A DNA stretch of 55,124 bases, taken from positions 1 through 55,124 of the IMG/VR virus record IMGVR_UViG_3300021957_000047; one strand, written 5' to 3'. Below the pieces are notes generated by a model. That model ran no database searches, had not been told where the DNA came from, and was given only the letters and a program-made list of their open reading frames with translations. Of this stretch, positions 1-9,291 are shown in pieces. Made by a program: the position numbers and the translations under genes. The DNA is from a virus. Taxonomy: Duplodnaviria; Caudoviricetes. The number at the start of each line of letters is the position of its first letter. Position 1 is the first letter of the stretch.

Positions 1-642
1 TGATCCAGAACCAGAGAAGCAGTCTAATACAGTCTCATCTTGCGGACAGTATGCATTGATCATTCTCTGTAATATGAATTGAGGCTTGACTGTAGGATGA
101 AAGTTAGATTCTTGTGCCTCTTTAGATACGGTGGTCAAATTACCTTCCCATACAGTTGTGGGTATCGTACCATTCGTGTAGTCTTTACCAGTACGCAAGT
201 TACGTTTCATCTTACGTTCTACTTCTACCTTAGTGCGATCAAAGAAGAACTCTTTACCCTTGCTGTAGCACCACGCTGTCTCAAACTTATGTGCGAAGTT
301 GTTACGGGGTCTACCACCCCAGTTATATGACCAATGAATAGCTGGCTGTGCAACTAGTCCATCAATCTGATTTAGTACCTCTAACTTGAGACGAAAGAAC
401 AGGTCAGTCTTTTGTGTACCCCAAACGCACATCATACGTCCATCTTTCAGTACACGGGCGCACTCAGTAATCCACTGTCTGCACCATTCTAGATAAGCAT
501 CTTCTGTGGGAAATGTATCCCAGCCAGCACCACCATCATACCCGATGTTATATGGAGGATCATTGTTGATATGACCAACAGAGTTGTCGGGCAATGACTT
601 TAGAAAGTCAAGGCAGTCTTGGTTGCTTATCTCAATTGTCAT
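1..642 (-). CDS. DNA amino-methyltransferase (N6-A/N4-C, beta class), truncated by the window edge
   Basis: Absent from the ORF track; translated by hand from ATG at 642: MTIEISNQDCLDFLKSLPDNSVGHINNDPPYNIG...HPTVKP...VLDCFSGSGS. Catalytic DPPY precedes the FxGxG SAM-binding motif. Confidence 0.92.
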   Translation of the reverse strand, partial: MTIEISNQDCLDFLKSLPDNSVGHINNDPPYNIGYDGGAGWDTFPTEDAYLEWCRQWITECARVLKDGRMMCVWGTQKTDLFFRLKLEVLNQIDGLVAQPAIHWSYNWGGRPRNNFAHKFETAWCYSKGKEFFFDRTKVEVERKMKRNLRTGKDYTNGTIPTTVWEGNLTTVSKEAQESNFHPTVKPQFILQRMINAYCPQDETVLDCFSGSGS

Positions 643-823
643 AGCTACCGACCTTGACAAACTTACGTCTCGACTTTGAGAACTGCTTCATAGGCGTACT
701 GAATACTTTCAACTCAGCATCAGGCGCTTGATAAGCCACTAGATGGCCATTTTGATCTACATGATAATTACCCTTAGGCATATCCCAATCAGTCACTTCT
801 TTCAATATACTAATCAAATTCAT
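632..823 (-). CDS. small hypothetical protein
   Basis: Likely ATG at 823 with a GGAG SD; overlaps both neighbours. Confidence 0.65.
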   Translation of the reverse strand: MNLISILKEVTDWDMPKGNYHVDQNGHLVAYQAPDAELKVFSTPMKQFSKSRRKFVKVGSYDN

Positions 824-1409
824 TATACTCCGGATTTTTATATACTGTAGTATACATGGTTTTATCAGCCAAGTCAATCTTTACCGTATTGAGGTTAGTT
901 GTCTGTCCTGGCTTTCGCTTTGCATTGTTCTCTGTAAGTTGACGAATCACCTCATCAGTCTTGGGTCGAATGATCATCATGCAGGTTTCTTTGTAGAACA
1001 CCCCATAGTAGTGATCGACCTCTGCATAAGCATCAAGGGCAGATTGCTTATAAGCACCGTTGTATACACCCTCAACTTTCAGAGATGAGAATAGCTTGCC
1101 AGTTTTAGGATAGCGAACTCGCTGAAACAGGTTGTTCAGTTGCTTGTCTTCGATTGCTTTGGATTTGTATTCGGCAAACTTACCATTAGCTTCGTCCCAA
1201 GCATCAGAGCCGTACTCATCAGAGCCTGCACCCGCTGATATCTTGGTGTGTGCCTTGTGACCTAGCTTCTCTGCCATCACGGGCTCACGCCATTTGGTCT
1301 TGTCTGTGACTTTGTGAAAGCCGTCTATCTCACCCTTGACGTACAAGGCTGCCGCTAGTTCTTCATAAGTTAGTTGATCGGCTAAACTCTTTACTGCTTC
1401 CAAATTCAT
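810..1409 (-). CDS. putative PD-(D/E)XK nuclease (restriction-endonuclease-like)
   Basis: E...GSDAWD...AEYKSK pattern; ATGA overlap with the upstream gene; lies just upstream of the MTase. Confidence 0.5.
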   Translation of the reverse strand: MNLEAVKSLADQLTYEELAAALYVKGEIDGFHKVTDKTKWREPVMAEKLGHKAHTKISAGAGSDEYGSDAWDEANGKFAEYKSKAIEDKQLNNLFQRVRYPKTGKLFSSLKVEGVYNGAYKQSALDAYAEVDHYYGVFYKETCMMIIRPKTDEVIRQLTENNAKRKPGQTTNLNTVKIDLADKTMYTTVYKNPEYNEFD

Positions 1410-1837
1410 AATGTAAACTCCAGTTGCTCTATGCATTCTAACGCATATTTACGCTCAAGTCTATAGGCTTCTTTTTCCCATGGAGCATCGATGTAAGATA
1501 CGTTATTATAACTTTTCTTTTTCCACATTGTGTTGCCGTGGGCAACTCGTAACTCACGCCTTGCATACTGCTTTACGTGAATCATTTCGTGGATGATCGT
1601 TCCGACCAATTCAAATATAGGTAAAGATTTGCGAATAGTAACGGTGAACTCACGATTGGTATCTTCTTCCATACAGTAACCGTATGCATCGTCACCATTC
1701 ATTGAACTGAGTTCAACAGCGATATCGAGTGTTCGCATTTTGGGCATCAACTTCGTGATACTCCAGTTGACAACCATCTCAGCTAATTCACGTTGCTTTT
1801 TGGTACCGCCTGTGACACAAACTTCATTCATAATCAA
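1406..1837 (-). CDS. HExxH zinc metallopeptidase-like protein
   Basis: TIIHEMIHVKQY and downstream PWEKEAY. Confidence 0.75.
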   Translation of the reverse strand: MIMNEVCVTGGTKKQRELAEMVVNWSITKLMPKMRTLDIAVELSSMNGDDAYGYCMEEDTNREFTVTIRKSLPIFELVGTIIHEMIHVKQYARRELRVAHGNTMWKKKSYNNVSYIDAPWEKEAYRLERKYALECIEQLEFTL

Positions 1838-1861
1838 ACCTCATCTCAACGAAACAAGTAT

Positions 1862-1890
1862 AGTATCTCACATATCTATGAGCGTGTCAA
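1862..1890 (-). promoter_or_regulatory. sigma70-type promoter for the peptidase-nuclease-MTase operon
   Basis: TTGACA-17-GATACT (followed by ATACT), A-tract upstream. Confidence 0.65.
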
Positions 1891-1921
1891 CACTTTTTTT
1901 AAAAAAAGATTTGCTTATAGA

Positions 1922-2212
1922 TCAAGCACTTAGGTCATAAAAGGTATATTTGCATAAAATTTCTTCACCTGGCCAGATATCTTTGGTAGCTACCATGAAG
2001 AATCTACTGTCTTTTTGCTCTTTGGCGATGTTTGCGTTGTCTTCATCGTGGTTATAGAAAGCGCCAAGGGGTGTCCTCATAAGGTGTTCACCCCAATAGA
2101 AATGAGACATCCCTATCTCTTCGCCCTTTTCTATCTTCTCTATACACCACAGACCTAGTCCGTGTATGCTCGACTTCTTGATTGTTACACAAGATGGTAG
2201 TGGTGTGTACAT
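1922..2212 (-). CDS. SET-domain protein (putative lysine methyltransferase)
   Basis: SSIHGLGL, FYNH, ATKDIWPGEEILCKY match the SET motifs GxG, NH and EL-x-x-x-Y. Confidence 0.8.
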   Translation of the reverse strand: MYTPLPSCVTIKKSSIHGLGLWCIEKIEKGEEIGMSHFYWGEHLMRTPLGAFYNHDEDNANIAKEQKDSRFFMVATKDIWPGEEILCKYTFYDLSA

Positions 2213-2224
2213 TGTATATCCTTT

Positions 2225-2683
2225 CTAGCGTTTGATGCCTTTGACGATACGAACTATCTTGCTCATAAGCATCTTGATTACAGTGAAGTGAAATAGACCA
2301 TGACCGTATAGCCAATGGAATGTGTGGTTATTTTCTATCTGATCTTTACTACCGAACTTACGAGTCCAGTTGTCTACGTACTCGCCTTTGTATCTTAGTA
2401 CAGCGTGTGATATTTTAGACTTCGATGGTCCTACACAACAAATACCTGCTTGTCTTGTGAGTAGCATCCACCACATTTTTATATCGCTCTCTCCACAAAG
2501 TCGCCATAATAGCGACAAAGCGTAGTCTTCGCAATCCCCTTCGAACTTACCTTCTTCACTTTCGTTACGAATGATGCACCAAGCATCTGCCATTCCGTAT
2601 TGTTCTTTGTCATACCTATACTTCCATTTGGCAGTAAAGGCTGAAGTAACGGCGTCTCTATCCCGTATCTCCTCTCTCTTCAT
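2225..2683 (-). CDS. transglutaminase-like cysteine peptidase (BTLCP/LapG-like)
   Basis: GDCEDYA, HAVL and VDN give a Cys-His-Asp triad pattern. Confidence 0.7.
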   Translation of the reverse strand: MKREEIRDRDAVTSAFTAKWKYRYDKEQYGMADAWCIIRNESEEGKFEGDCEDYALSLLWRLCGESDIKMWWMLLTRQAGICCVGPSKSKISHAVLRYKGEYVDNWTRKFGSKDQIENNHTFHWLYGHGLFHFTVIKMLMSKIVRIVKGIKR

Positions 2684-3089
2684 CTCTCAGACTCCTTACA
2701 TGTGTCTTATGTATCTTACAATTGATTATGCCATTGTAGTAATCATCAGACAATAACACTTCTCTATCGAATTGTTCCTTTGCTTCAAGGTAACTCATTA
2801 CCCCTTTAGAACTACATAAATGTAAAATCTCTCTGCGAAACGAATCAGCACCGTGTTCTTCAACAAGTGCTTTGACTTCATCAGAAGAGCCAAAGTATGT
2901 TTTCCAATCACTCTCAATGACTTTTTTTCTTTTTCTAGTTTTACCCTTTAGCGGCGGTAATCTCCGTGTGGACTGAAACAGCTTCTTGCCTACATAAGAC
3001 TTCTCATTCTGATCAGTTATTATGTACACAAAGCCCACATATTCTTCTATCATATCACTGGTAAATTCTTTACCTTGGTAATGCCACAT
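2658..3089 (-). CDS. stand-alone GIY-YIG family endonuclease (Seg-like)
   Basis: GFVYIIT...YVGKK, YFGSS, FRREIL, E...YYN. Confidence 0.75.
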   Translation of the reverse strand: MWHYQGKEFTSDMIEEYVGFVYIITDQNEKSYVGKKLFQSTRRLPPLKGKTRKRKKVIESDWKTYFGSSDEVKALVEEHGADSFRREILHLCSSKGVMSYLEAKEQFDREVLLSDDYYNGIINCKIHKTHVRSLRDEERGDTG

Positions 3090-3092
3090 GTT

Positions 3093-3281
3093 CTATAATC
3101 CTATAAGTTTCCATCCATGATTAGCTATTGCATTCAATATAATTGCTAGGCAACATATAATATGTAGTAAAACCCAAAACGTGCGTATTACAGCAACTTT
3201 GTCAGCCTTTCGATCTTCTTCGTATTCCTTTGCTCCAATAGCCTTGCACCAATATTCCCAGATACGTCTGATCTTATTCAT
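3093..3281 (-). CDS. small membrane protein
   Basis: Likely start MNKIRRIW; hydrophobic C-terminal segment. Confidence 0.6.
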   Translation of the reverse strand: MNKIRRIWEYWCKAIGAKEYEEDRKADKVAVIRTFWVLLHIICCLAIILNAIANHGWKLIGL

Positions 3282-3444
3282 ATTCCTCTTCGTCTTCTCC
3301 ACTCCATGGTTCACGCTCTAACTCTGGGTCAGGCAGTTCCTCACCACAGGAAGGACAAAATATTAGTTCGTCATCTTCCATCTCAAACTCTATCATAAAT
3401 TGTGTATCACAGTAAGGACATTTTTCCTCAACTCTATTGATCAT
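3274..3444 (-). CDS. 56-aa acidic zinc-ribbon protein
   Basis: Hand translation MINRVEEKCPYCDTQF...FCPSCGEELPD...EEEYE; two CxxC motifs; fills the gap between genes. Confidence 0.7.
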   Translation of the reverse strand: MINRVEEKCPYCDTQFMIEFEMEDDELIFCPSCGEELPDPELEREPWSGEDEEEYE

Positions 3445-3895
3445 ATGCTTGCTCTACCTCTATGCTACATTTACGAAGAAATTCTACTCCGTCCTCGTTT
3501 CGGTATTTATTTTTGTAATAGACAGACGTGATTCCACTGGTATATATAAGTTTCGCACAGTCTAAACATGGCGCATGGGTTATATACATCGTACTGTTTT
3601 CGCCACTTTCATTCGATCTTGCTAACTTAGCGATAGCATTTGCTTCGGCATGAATCACTTCTGGCTTAGTCTTAGTGTCAGTGTATATATCAATGTCATT
3701 TGGGTGCACCTTGAAGTGTGGCTCGTTGATGACATCTTCACACTCATTAGACCAACCAGAAGGCATACCGTTATAGCCAATAGAAATGATCCGATTGTCT
3801 TTTACAACAATCGAACCAACCTGTAATCTCTTGGCTGAAGACAGAGAAGCGAACCTCTCTGCCGTATCCATATAAGCGTGTTGCCACTTATCCAA
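3434..3895 (-). CDS. cd: dCMP deaminase
   Basis: GYNG, HAEANA, APCLDC motifs; probable TTG start at 3895. Confidence 0.93.
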   Translation of the reverse strand: MDKWQHAYMDTAERFASLSSAKRLQVGSIVVKDNRIISIGYNGMPSGWSNECEDVINEPHFKVHPNDIDIYTDTKTKPEVIHAEANAIAKLARSNESGENSTMYITHAPCLDCAKLIYTSGITSVYYKNKYRNEDGVEFLRKCSIEVEQAYDQ

Positions 3896-5093
3896 AGTTA
3901 TATGCCTCATTCCAATCGCCTTTGAGACCTGCAACTTCATATTCTGTTACACGGTTTTCAAAGAAGTTGGTATGATCTGCACCATTTAGAATCCATTCTA
4001 ACCACGGTAGTGGGTTGTCTTTTACTTTGAAGTTAGGTTTCATGCCTAGCTGAATCAAACGTCTGTCGCTAATATATCGTACATACTGCTTGACTTCGTT
4101 AGACTCTAGACCTTCGATCTCACCCATATCGTATGCTAGATCAACAAACTTGTCTTCTAGCTTTACTGCGTTGCGTGACATCTCGTAGATATCTTTCTTG
4201 AAGCTATCGTCTACAATGCGTGGATGCTCCTTACAGAATGTCTTGAATAACTTAGCGATACCCTCGACATGCATTGACTCATCACGAATCGACCACTCGA
4301 CAACTTTACCCATACCCTTCATCTTACCGTAACGCTGAAAGTTCAGTAGCATTACGAATGATGCAAACAATGCAACACCTTCGTTCATTACTGACTTAGC
4401 AAGGGCAAGACCTAGACCACGCATTGTATTGACATCTGAGTCCATGATAAAATCAATCTTATCAGCCATCTCTTGATACTCAAGGAATGCGTGATACTCA
4501 GAGTCAGGTAATCCTAGCGTTTCATTCAATAGTGCATATGCTCTCTGGTGAATACCTTCACGTGTAGCGAATGAGCCTAGCATGTTACGAACTTCGTTGT
4601 TCTTGAATTTAGGAATGAACTGGTCAAAGTAGTTCTGTCCAACAGCAACGTCTGACTGTGTGAAGAGGCGAAGAATGTTTGTCACATATTCTTTTTCAAC
4701 CTCTGTCATCTTGCCACCTTTCCAATCAGTGACATCTTCTCCCAGATCAATCTCATCTTCGATCCAGTGTGCTTTCTCATGGCGTGTAGTCATCTCTACT
4801 GCCCATGGATAATGAAAGGGCTTATATGTTTCAGAAAACTCTAGCAGACCACCGCCAGCTTTCTTTAGTAAAGTACTAGCCTGTGACATCAAATCATTAT
4901 ACGTACCGATCAGTTTGTCGTTGATAAAGATTTGGGGTACAGACCTAGCATTAGGCATCTTCTGATAGAATGCCATGCGCTCTTCTTCACTGTCTAGTTT
5001 GATCTCAGTGTAAGTTAGGCTATGTGTCGTAAACCACGCTTTCGCTTTCTCGCAGAAAGGGCAGTTCGACTTCGAATAAATTAGTACGTCCAT
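3888..5093 (-). CDS. nrdB: ribonucleotide reductase class Ia beta subunit with N-terminal glutaredoxin domain
   Basis: N-terminal CPFC...SVPQIFI...IG glutaredoxin domain, then FTQSD, EGIHQRAY, EG, WSIRDESMH, NFFENRVTEY. Confidence 0.93.
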   Translation of the reverse strand: MDVLIYSKSNCPFCEKAKAWFTTHSLTYTEIKLDSEEERMAFYQKMPNARSVPQIFINDKLIGTYNDLMSQASTLLKKAGGGLLEFSETYKPFHYPWAVEMTTRHEKAHWIEDEIDLGEDVTDWKGGKMTEVEKEYVTNILRLFTQSDVAVGQNYFDQFIPKFKNNEVRNMLGSFATREGIHQRAYALLNETLGLPDSEYHAFLEYQEMADKIDFIMDSDVNTMRGLGLALAKSVMNEGVALFASFVMLLNFQRYGKMKGMGKVVEWSIRDESMHVEGIAKLFKTFCKEHPRIVDDSFKKDIYEMSRNAVKLEDKFVDLAYDMGEIEGLESNEVKQYVRYISDRRLIQLGMKPNFKVKDNPLPWLEWILNGADHTNFFENRVTEYEVAGLKGDWNEAYNFG

Positions 5094-5121
5094 TTTTTCT
5101 CCCAATGTATCATTCCTCTTT

Positions 5122-5697
5122 TTAGATTGACATTTGTAAATTTGCATCAGCATGACGTTGTTCATCTTCCCGAACTTTTATAATCATGTCTGACAGTTTA
5201 GCATCATCTGGTAGACTGTAATACTCTTTTGCCATTTTTGGACAAGGAGCATTATATATCTTACCTGATTGTATTCTATTCAAATACTGCGAATAGCTTA
5301 TCACCGCTTCTTGTTCGAAGTAGTGAATCATTCTGTGGCACGTCTTCGGAAAGAAGATATACAACAGAAGGTAATAGTGCCAGAATAAGAACTGAGCGAT
5401 AAAGATCAATAGTCTCTCTACCCAGTTTGGATTAGCAATCTCAATGAAGAACATCAAATGCATTCTCTCATTTTCTGCTTCTGCTAGTAACTCACGGATA
5501 TCTGGACCGTATCCTTTCTTAGCTTTACGTAGTGACTTTAGATGTATCCACATTCCTGCTACCATGCCTGGCACACCAGCAATTGTTTCTAATACAACTG
5601 CTCGGTGACCATAACGTTTAGCAAAGAATGTGTCCGCAAAGAAGCGAAACATCATTGTCATACCTTTAGCAAAGTAATCACTTATTATCCCTGACAT
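5122..5697 (-). CDS. aox: alternative oxidase (AOX, diiron ubiquinol oxidase)
   Basis: LETIAGVPGMV, EAENERMHL, FEQEAVISY, REDEQRH. Confidence 0.9.
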   Translation of the reverse strand: MSGIISDYFAKGMTMMFRFFADTFFAKRYGHRAVVLETIAGVPGMVAGMWIHLKSLRKAKKGYGPDIRELLAEAENERMHLMFFIEIANPNWVERLLIFIAQFLFWHYYLLLYIFFPKTCHRMIHYFEQEAVISYSQYLNRIQSGKIYNAPCPKMAKEYYSLPDDAKLSDMIIKVREDEQRHADANLQMSI

Positions 5698-7493
5698 GCA
5701 ACACATTCGTCCTGTTGTTCTTCACTACCATTGATGAAGTTCATTTTGCTTGCGTCCATGTTTACCACATTATCTAGTGTCTCACGTTCAACTTTCTCAG
5801 CAACGTTCTCTGCTCTGTTAGTGGCTTCTGTTCTGAGATAATATAGACCCTTACATCCATTTGCCCACGCCGCATAGTGTACTTTACTTAGATAAGATTT
5901 TTCTGCGCCTGCGGGAAAGAAGATGTTCAATGACTGACCTTGACACAGGTATCTCTGTCTCTGACCAGCGAGTTCTACAATCCGCATTTGATCTAACTCA
6001 ATAGCAGTTGCGAATACTTTCTTCTCATGATCTACTAAGAAGTCTAGGTGCTCAACTGATCCACCATTGGTGATAATAGATGACCATATAGCTTCTGTGT
6101 TTTTGCCACGCTCTTCTAAGAGTGCCTCTAGATACTTGTTCTTGTTCAGGTGTGAACCCACACGTGTACGTGAAGTAAATGCATTTGCTTTCCATGGTTC
6201 AATAGATGGCGATGTGCCAGCGATCATCGAACTATTAGCATTAGGTGCAATGGCAAGCATGTGTGCATTTCTACGACCAGTACCCTTCATGTCAGGTGCT
6301 TCTCCTAGTGTCTTGCCAAGTCGTAAAGTCTCTTCTACTGCATTGTCGTAGATATCACAGAAGATATCTTCGTTGGCTTTTACTGCCTCTTCACTATCAA
6401 ATGCAATCATATGTTTCTGAAAATAAGAGTGGAGACCCATAGCACCGAGTCCAAGAGACCGCTCCTGCTGTGCTGAGTATCTAGCACGACTAATCTCATC
6501 ACCAGCGTTGTCTATAAAGAATTGTAGTACGTTGTCTAAGAATCTAACTAGATCAGCGATCATAGTAGTGTCTTTCCAATCGTCATACATCTCTAAGTTG
6601 ACAGACGATAGACAGCACACAGCGGTGCGATCTTCGCTAGTTGCTAAGTGAATTTCGTTACATAGATTAGACCCACGAATCTTCAGACCCAAGTCTTTCT
6701 GAGATTGAGGCATAGCACGATTAGCAGTATCGATAAAGTTGAGATACGGCTCACCAGTTCTGTAACGAGTTTCAAGAATTACTTCCCATAACTTACGTGC
6801 AGGCATAGTGTCACGTATTTCATTAGAATTAGGATCACGTAGATGCCATTCGCTGTCATCACGTACCGCTTCCATAAACTCATCAGTGATGTTTACTGCG
6901 TGGTGTAGATTCAAGTTCTTACGATTTACGTCACCAGTTGGCACTCGCATATTCAAGAACTCAATAATGTCTGGATGAGATGCTTCGATGTAAGCCGCAT
7001 ATGAACCTTTGCGTGTACGTCCTTGACGATAGGCAACCATGTCTGCGTCTACTGTATGTAGAAACGGCATAGGTCCTGGGGCTTTCTTAGATACTGCACG
7101 AACATCTGACCAGTGACCACCAACGCCACCACCTTTTACTGATAACCATCGTAGTTCTGCCGTATGATCGATAAGACCCTCAAGTGTGTCGGGTACATAT
7201 GTAAGAAAACAAGAGATAGGTAATGCCTTGGGTTTCTCATCTGGTAACGGCGCATTCGATAGTACAGGCGAGGCATACATAAACCAGCCCTTCGATACGT
7301 AGTCATAAATTCGTTGTGATAATTCTAAATCGCCATATGAATAGGCGACAGCCGCACGTGCAAAAGATTCTTGAGGCGTCTTCTCAGTATCATTGCAGTA
7401 GTAATCTGTTAGTAATTTTAGAGACTGTTCTGATAACAGACGGTCTCTAGAGGCATCAATTTTGATGCCGAGGTGTGTTCTTGTTCTCGACAC
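5685..7493 (-). CDS. nrdA: ribonucleotide reductase class Ia alpha subunit
   Basis: ISCFL, SNLCNEI, VCCLSS, AIAPNA, LYYLR and C-terminal CVACQG. Confidence 0.95.
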   Translation of the reverse strand: MSRTRTHLGIKIDASRDRLLSEQSLKLLTDYYCNDTEKTPQESFARAAVAYSYGDLELSQRIYDYVSKGWFMYASPVLSNAPLPDEKPKALPISCFLTYVPDTLEGLIDHTAELRWLSVKGGGVGGHWSDVRAVSKKAPGPMPFLHTVDADMVAYRQGRTRKGSYAAYIEASHPDIIEFLNMRVPTGDVNRKNLNLHHAVNITDEFMEAVRDDSEWHLRDPNSNEIRDTMPARKLWEVILETRYRTGEPYLNFIDTANRAMPQSQKDLGLKIRGSNLCNEIHLATSEDRTAVCCLSSVNLEMYDDWKDTTMIADLVRFLDNVLQFFIDNAGDEISRARYSAQQERSLGLGAMGLHSYFQKHMIAFDSEEAVKANEDIFCDIYDNAVEETLRLGKTLGEAPDMKGTGRRNAHMLAIAPNANSSMIAGTSPSIEPWKANAFTSRTRVGSHLNKNKYLEALLEERGKNTEAIWSSIITNGGSVEHLDFLVDHEKKVFATAIELDQMRIVELAGQRQRYLCQGQSLNIFFPAGAEKSYLSKVHYAAWANGCKGLYYLRTEATNRAENVAEKVERETLDNVVNMDASKMNFINGSEEQQDECVACQG

Positions 7494-7513
7494 TTCTTAT
7501 CTCCTTGGTTTTC

Positions 7514-8191
7514 TTATAAATTTATAAAGTCTTCAGTCATCGGAAAGATTTTAGCAATTGCCTTTCCTATCTCACGTGCGAGTATAATATGCTCTTTCTG
7601 TGTACCGTTAGCGGAACGTAATTCTATGTAGTGAATCCAAGAGCGAATAGTACCATTTGCATAAAGAGTAGATACTGTGTTCCCTTCTGGGAGCACCGCA
7701 CGTGCCTGCTCTTTAGCAATGCCATTGTCAATTGCCCAGTTGTACGCAATTTTAGCTTCTTCTATAAGTCGCTCTTGTACTTGGTACCAACGATCCTGAA
7801 GACCACCTTCGTATTCATCAGACATGTCTAGTTCTATACTGTTTTGACGGTTCTTTGGATCTTGTAACCGTGCCTCTCTGAGTACAAAATTATTATCTTG
7901 GTCTTTAGGGTTAGCATATCTCTGTGAGAACTCTTGGAAAGAGAACGAGCGATGCCGTAGGAATTGACGTGCAATATCACGGGTCGTTTCTACTTCTAGT
8001 GTAGCAGATGCCATTTCGAATGGCGACCAATGTTTGTGTTTCATCAAATACTTTAGAAGACGTTCAGATGTTTCACTGTTGATCTGATTAGTTGGGTTTG
8101 ATACCCTTGCACAATACGCAATCAAATCTTGCACATTATCTAATCCAATGATATCGCACGGTTGCGTGTATCCTATAAGTCTCGCCTTCAT
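7514..8191 (-). CDS. thyX: FAD-dependent thymidylate synthase
   Basis: HWSPFE and RHRSFSFQEFSQRY signature. Confidence 0.95.
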   Translation of the reverse strand: MKARLIGYTQPCDIIGLDNVQDLIAYCARVSNPTNQINSETSERLLKYLMKHKHWSPFEMASATLEVETTRDIARQFLRHRSFSFQEFSQRYANPKDQDNNFVLREARLQDPKNRQNSIELDMSDEYEGGLQDRWYQVQERLIEEAKIAYNWAIDNGIAKEQARAVLPEGNTVSTLYANGTIRSWIHYIELRSANGTQKEHIILAREIGKAIAKIFPMTEDFINL

Positions 8192-9225
8192 TAGCATTTT
8201 CTCCAATAACTAAGTTGTAATTTGGCTTGTAAGCCATCATGTGTGTTCTGGTCTATGATCAGATGTAAATCCGCAGATGATATACCAGATAATATCATAT
8301 CGTTGATGTCTTTGTCAAGTATATTCGTGGGCCATATGCAAACTTTCTCCCCTCTCTCAATACACTTTTCCATACGTCTAACAATCTCTAAATTTCTAGG
8401 TTCGTTATCAAAGACAAACGTAGCATTATCTATACTCTCCAGACCAGCACCATTTCCATCTGCACCTGCCATAGCAACAGCGTTATCTAAGAAGAGACTA
8501 TCTATTGGTCCCTCTACTACATAGTAACGCTTCGTAAAGTTCACAGTGTTCAGACCAAAAATTTTGGGCATAGAATCCTCTAGCATAATCGTGATGTAAC
8601 GTATGCTTTCAGAGTCAAATGCTCTTCCTTGATATCCGAATACTGTCCCGTTCTGATCTATGAACGGTAGCACCAATCGAGGCTTGACTTGCTTCTCTGA
8701 CAACTTATCAGGCATCAGCGAATTTGTCCACGTCTCAAATTTTGGAGCGTAATATAATTTATATTGTTGAGATGCTGGGATCCTTCTTTTTTCAACATAT
8801 TTCTTGACTGGATGAGAAAAATTTAGACTAGACACTTTTTTAATTTGGAGTAGAGGACTACCCTTCTTAGTAAACTTTGGTCTACTAGTAGTAAGAGTAT
8901 CAAGAGGACTAACAATATCTTGCTTTGGTGGTTTTGTGCGATAGCCCTTCTCTAGAGCCATGTCTACTACATACTCATTGTGGAGGTTAGGGTCGATTGC
9001 TTTCAGGAAGTTACGCATGCCATGAGAGGCATTGCAATTGTGACAATAGAAGATAGCCGAGTTGTCCTTCTCAAGGATCCAACCACGTGCTTTCATCTTT
9101 GACTTTTGGGAATCACCACATATAGGACAACGAAAGTTCGCTCTGTATGGTGTTTGTGATTTGATTGTGAATCGTTCTAGCCTTGTTGACAAGATACCAG
9201 AATACTTCACGTCTACGAGATTCAT
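8191..9225 (-). CDS. gp61: DNA primase (T4 gp61-like)
   Basis: Zn finger CPICGDS...CHNC; TOPRIM motifs VEGPIDS, FDNE, KDIND. Confidence 0.93.
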   Translation of the reverse strand: MNLVDVKYSGILSTRLERFTIKSQTPYRANFRCPICGDSQKSKMKARGWILEKDNSAIFYCHNCNASHGMRNFLKAIDPNLHNEYVVDMALEKGYRTKPPKQDIVSPLDTLTTSRPKFTKKGSPLLQIKKVSSLNFSHPVKKYVEKRRIPASQQYKLYYAPKFETWTNSLMPDKLSEKQVKPRLVLPFIDQNGTVFGYQGRAFDSESIRYITIMLEDSMPKIFGLNTVNFTKRYYVVEGPIDSLFLDNAVAMAGADGNGAGLESIDNATFVFDNEPRNLEIVRRMEKCIERGEKVCIWPTNILDKDINDMILSGISSADLHLIIDQNTHDGLQAKLQLSYWRKC

Positions 9226-9259
9226 ACTCTACTCCATAATATATTCAAACTGTATAGAG

Positions 9260-9288
9260 ATTATACTCTAAACAGGTACGGCTGTCAA
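9260..9288 (-). promoter_or_regulatory. sigma70 consensus promoter upstream of the primase
   Basis: TTGACA-17-TATAAT. Confidence 0.85.
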
Positions 9289-9291
9289 GTA

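Noticed and set aside
2658-3089. Mobile homing endonuclease or intron
   Set aside because: Only the catalytic domain is present, and nrdA, nrdB, thyX and gp43 show no intron or intein interruption.
3274-3444. LysW-like amino-group carrier protein
   Set aside because: Acidic zinc ribbon, but it lacks the C-terminal EDWGE motif and no lysine pathway genes are nearby.
5122-5697. Cyanophage assignment via PTOX
   Set aside because: The motif is AOX-type, no photosynthesis genes appear, and the other accessory genes look alphaproteobacterial.
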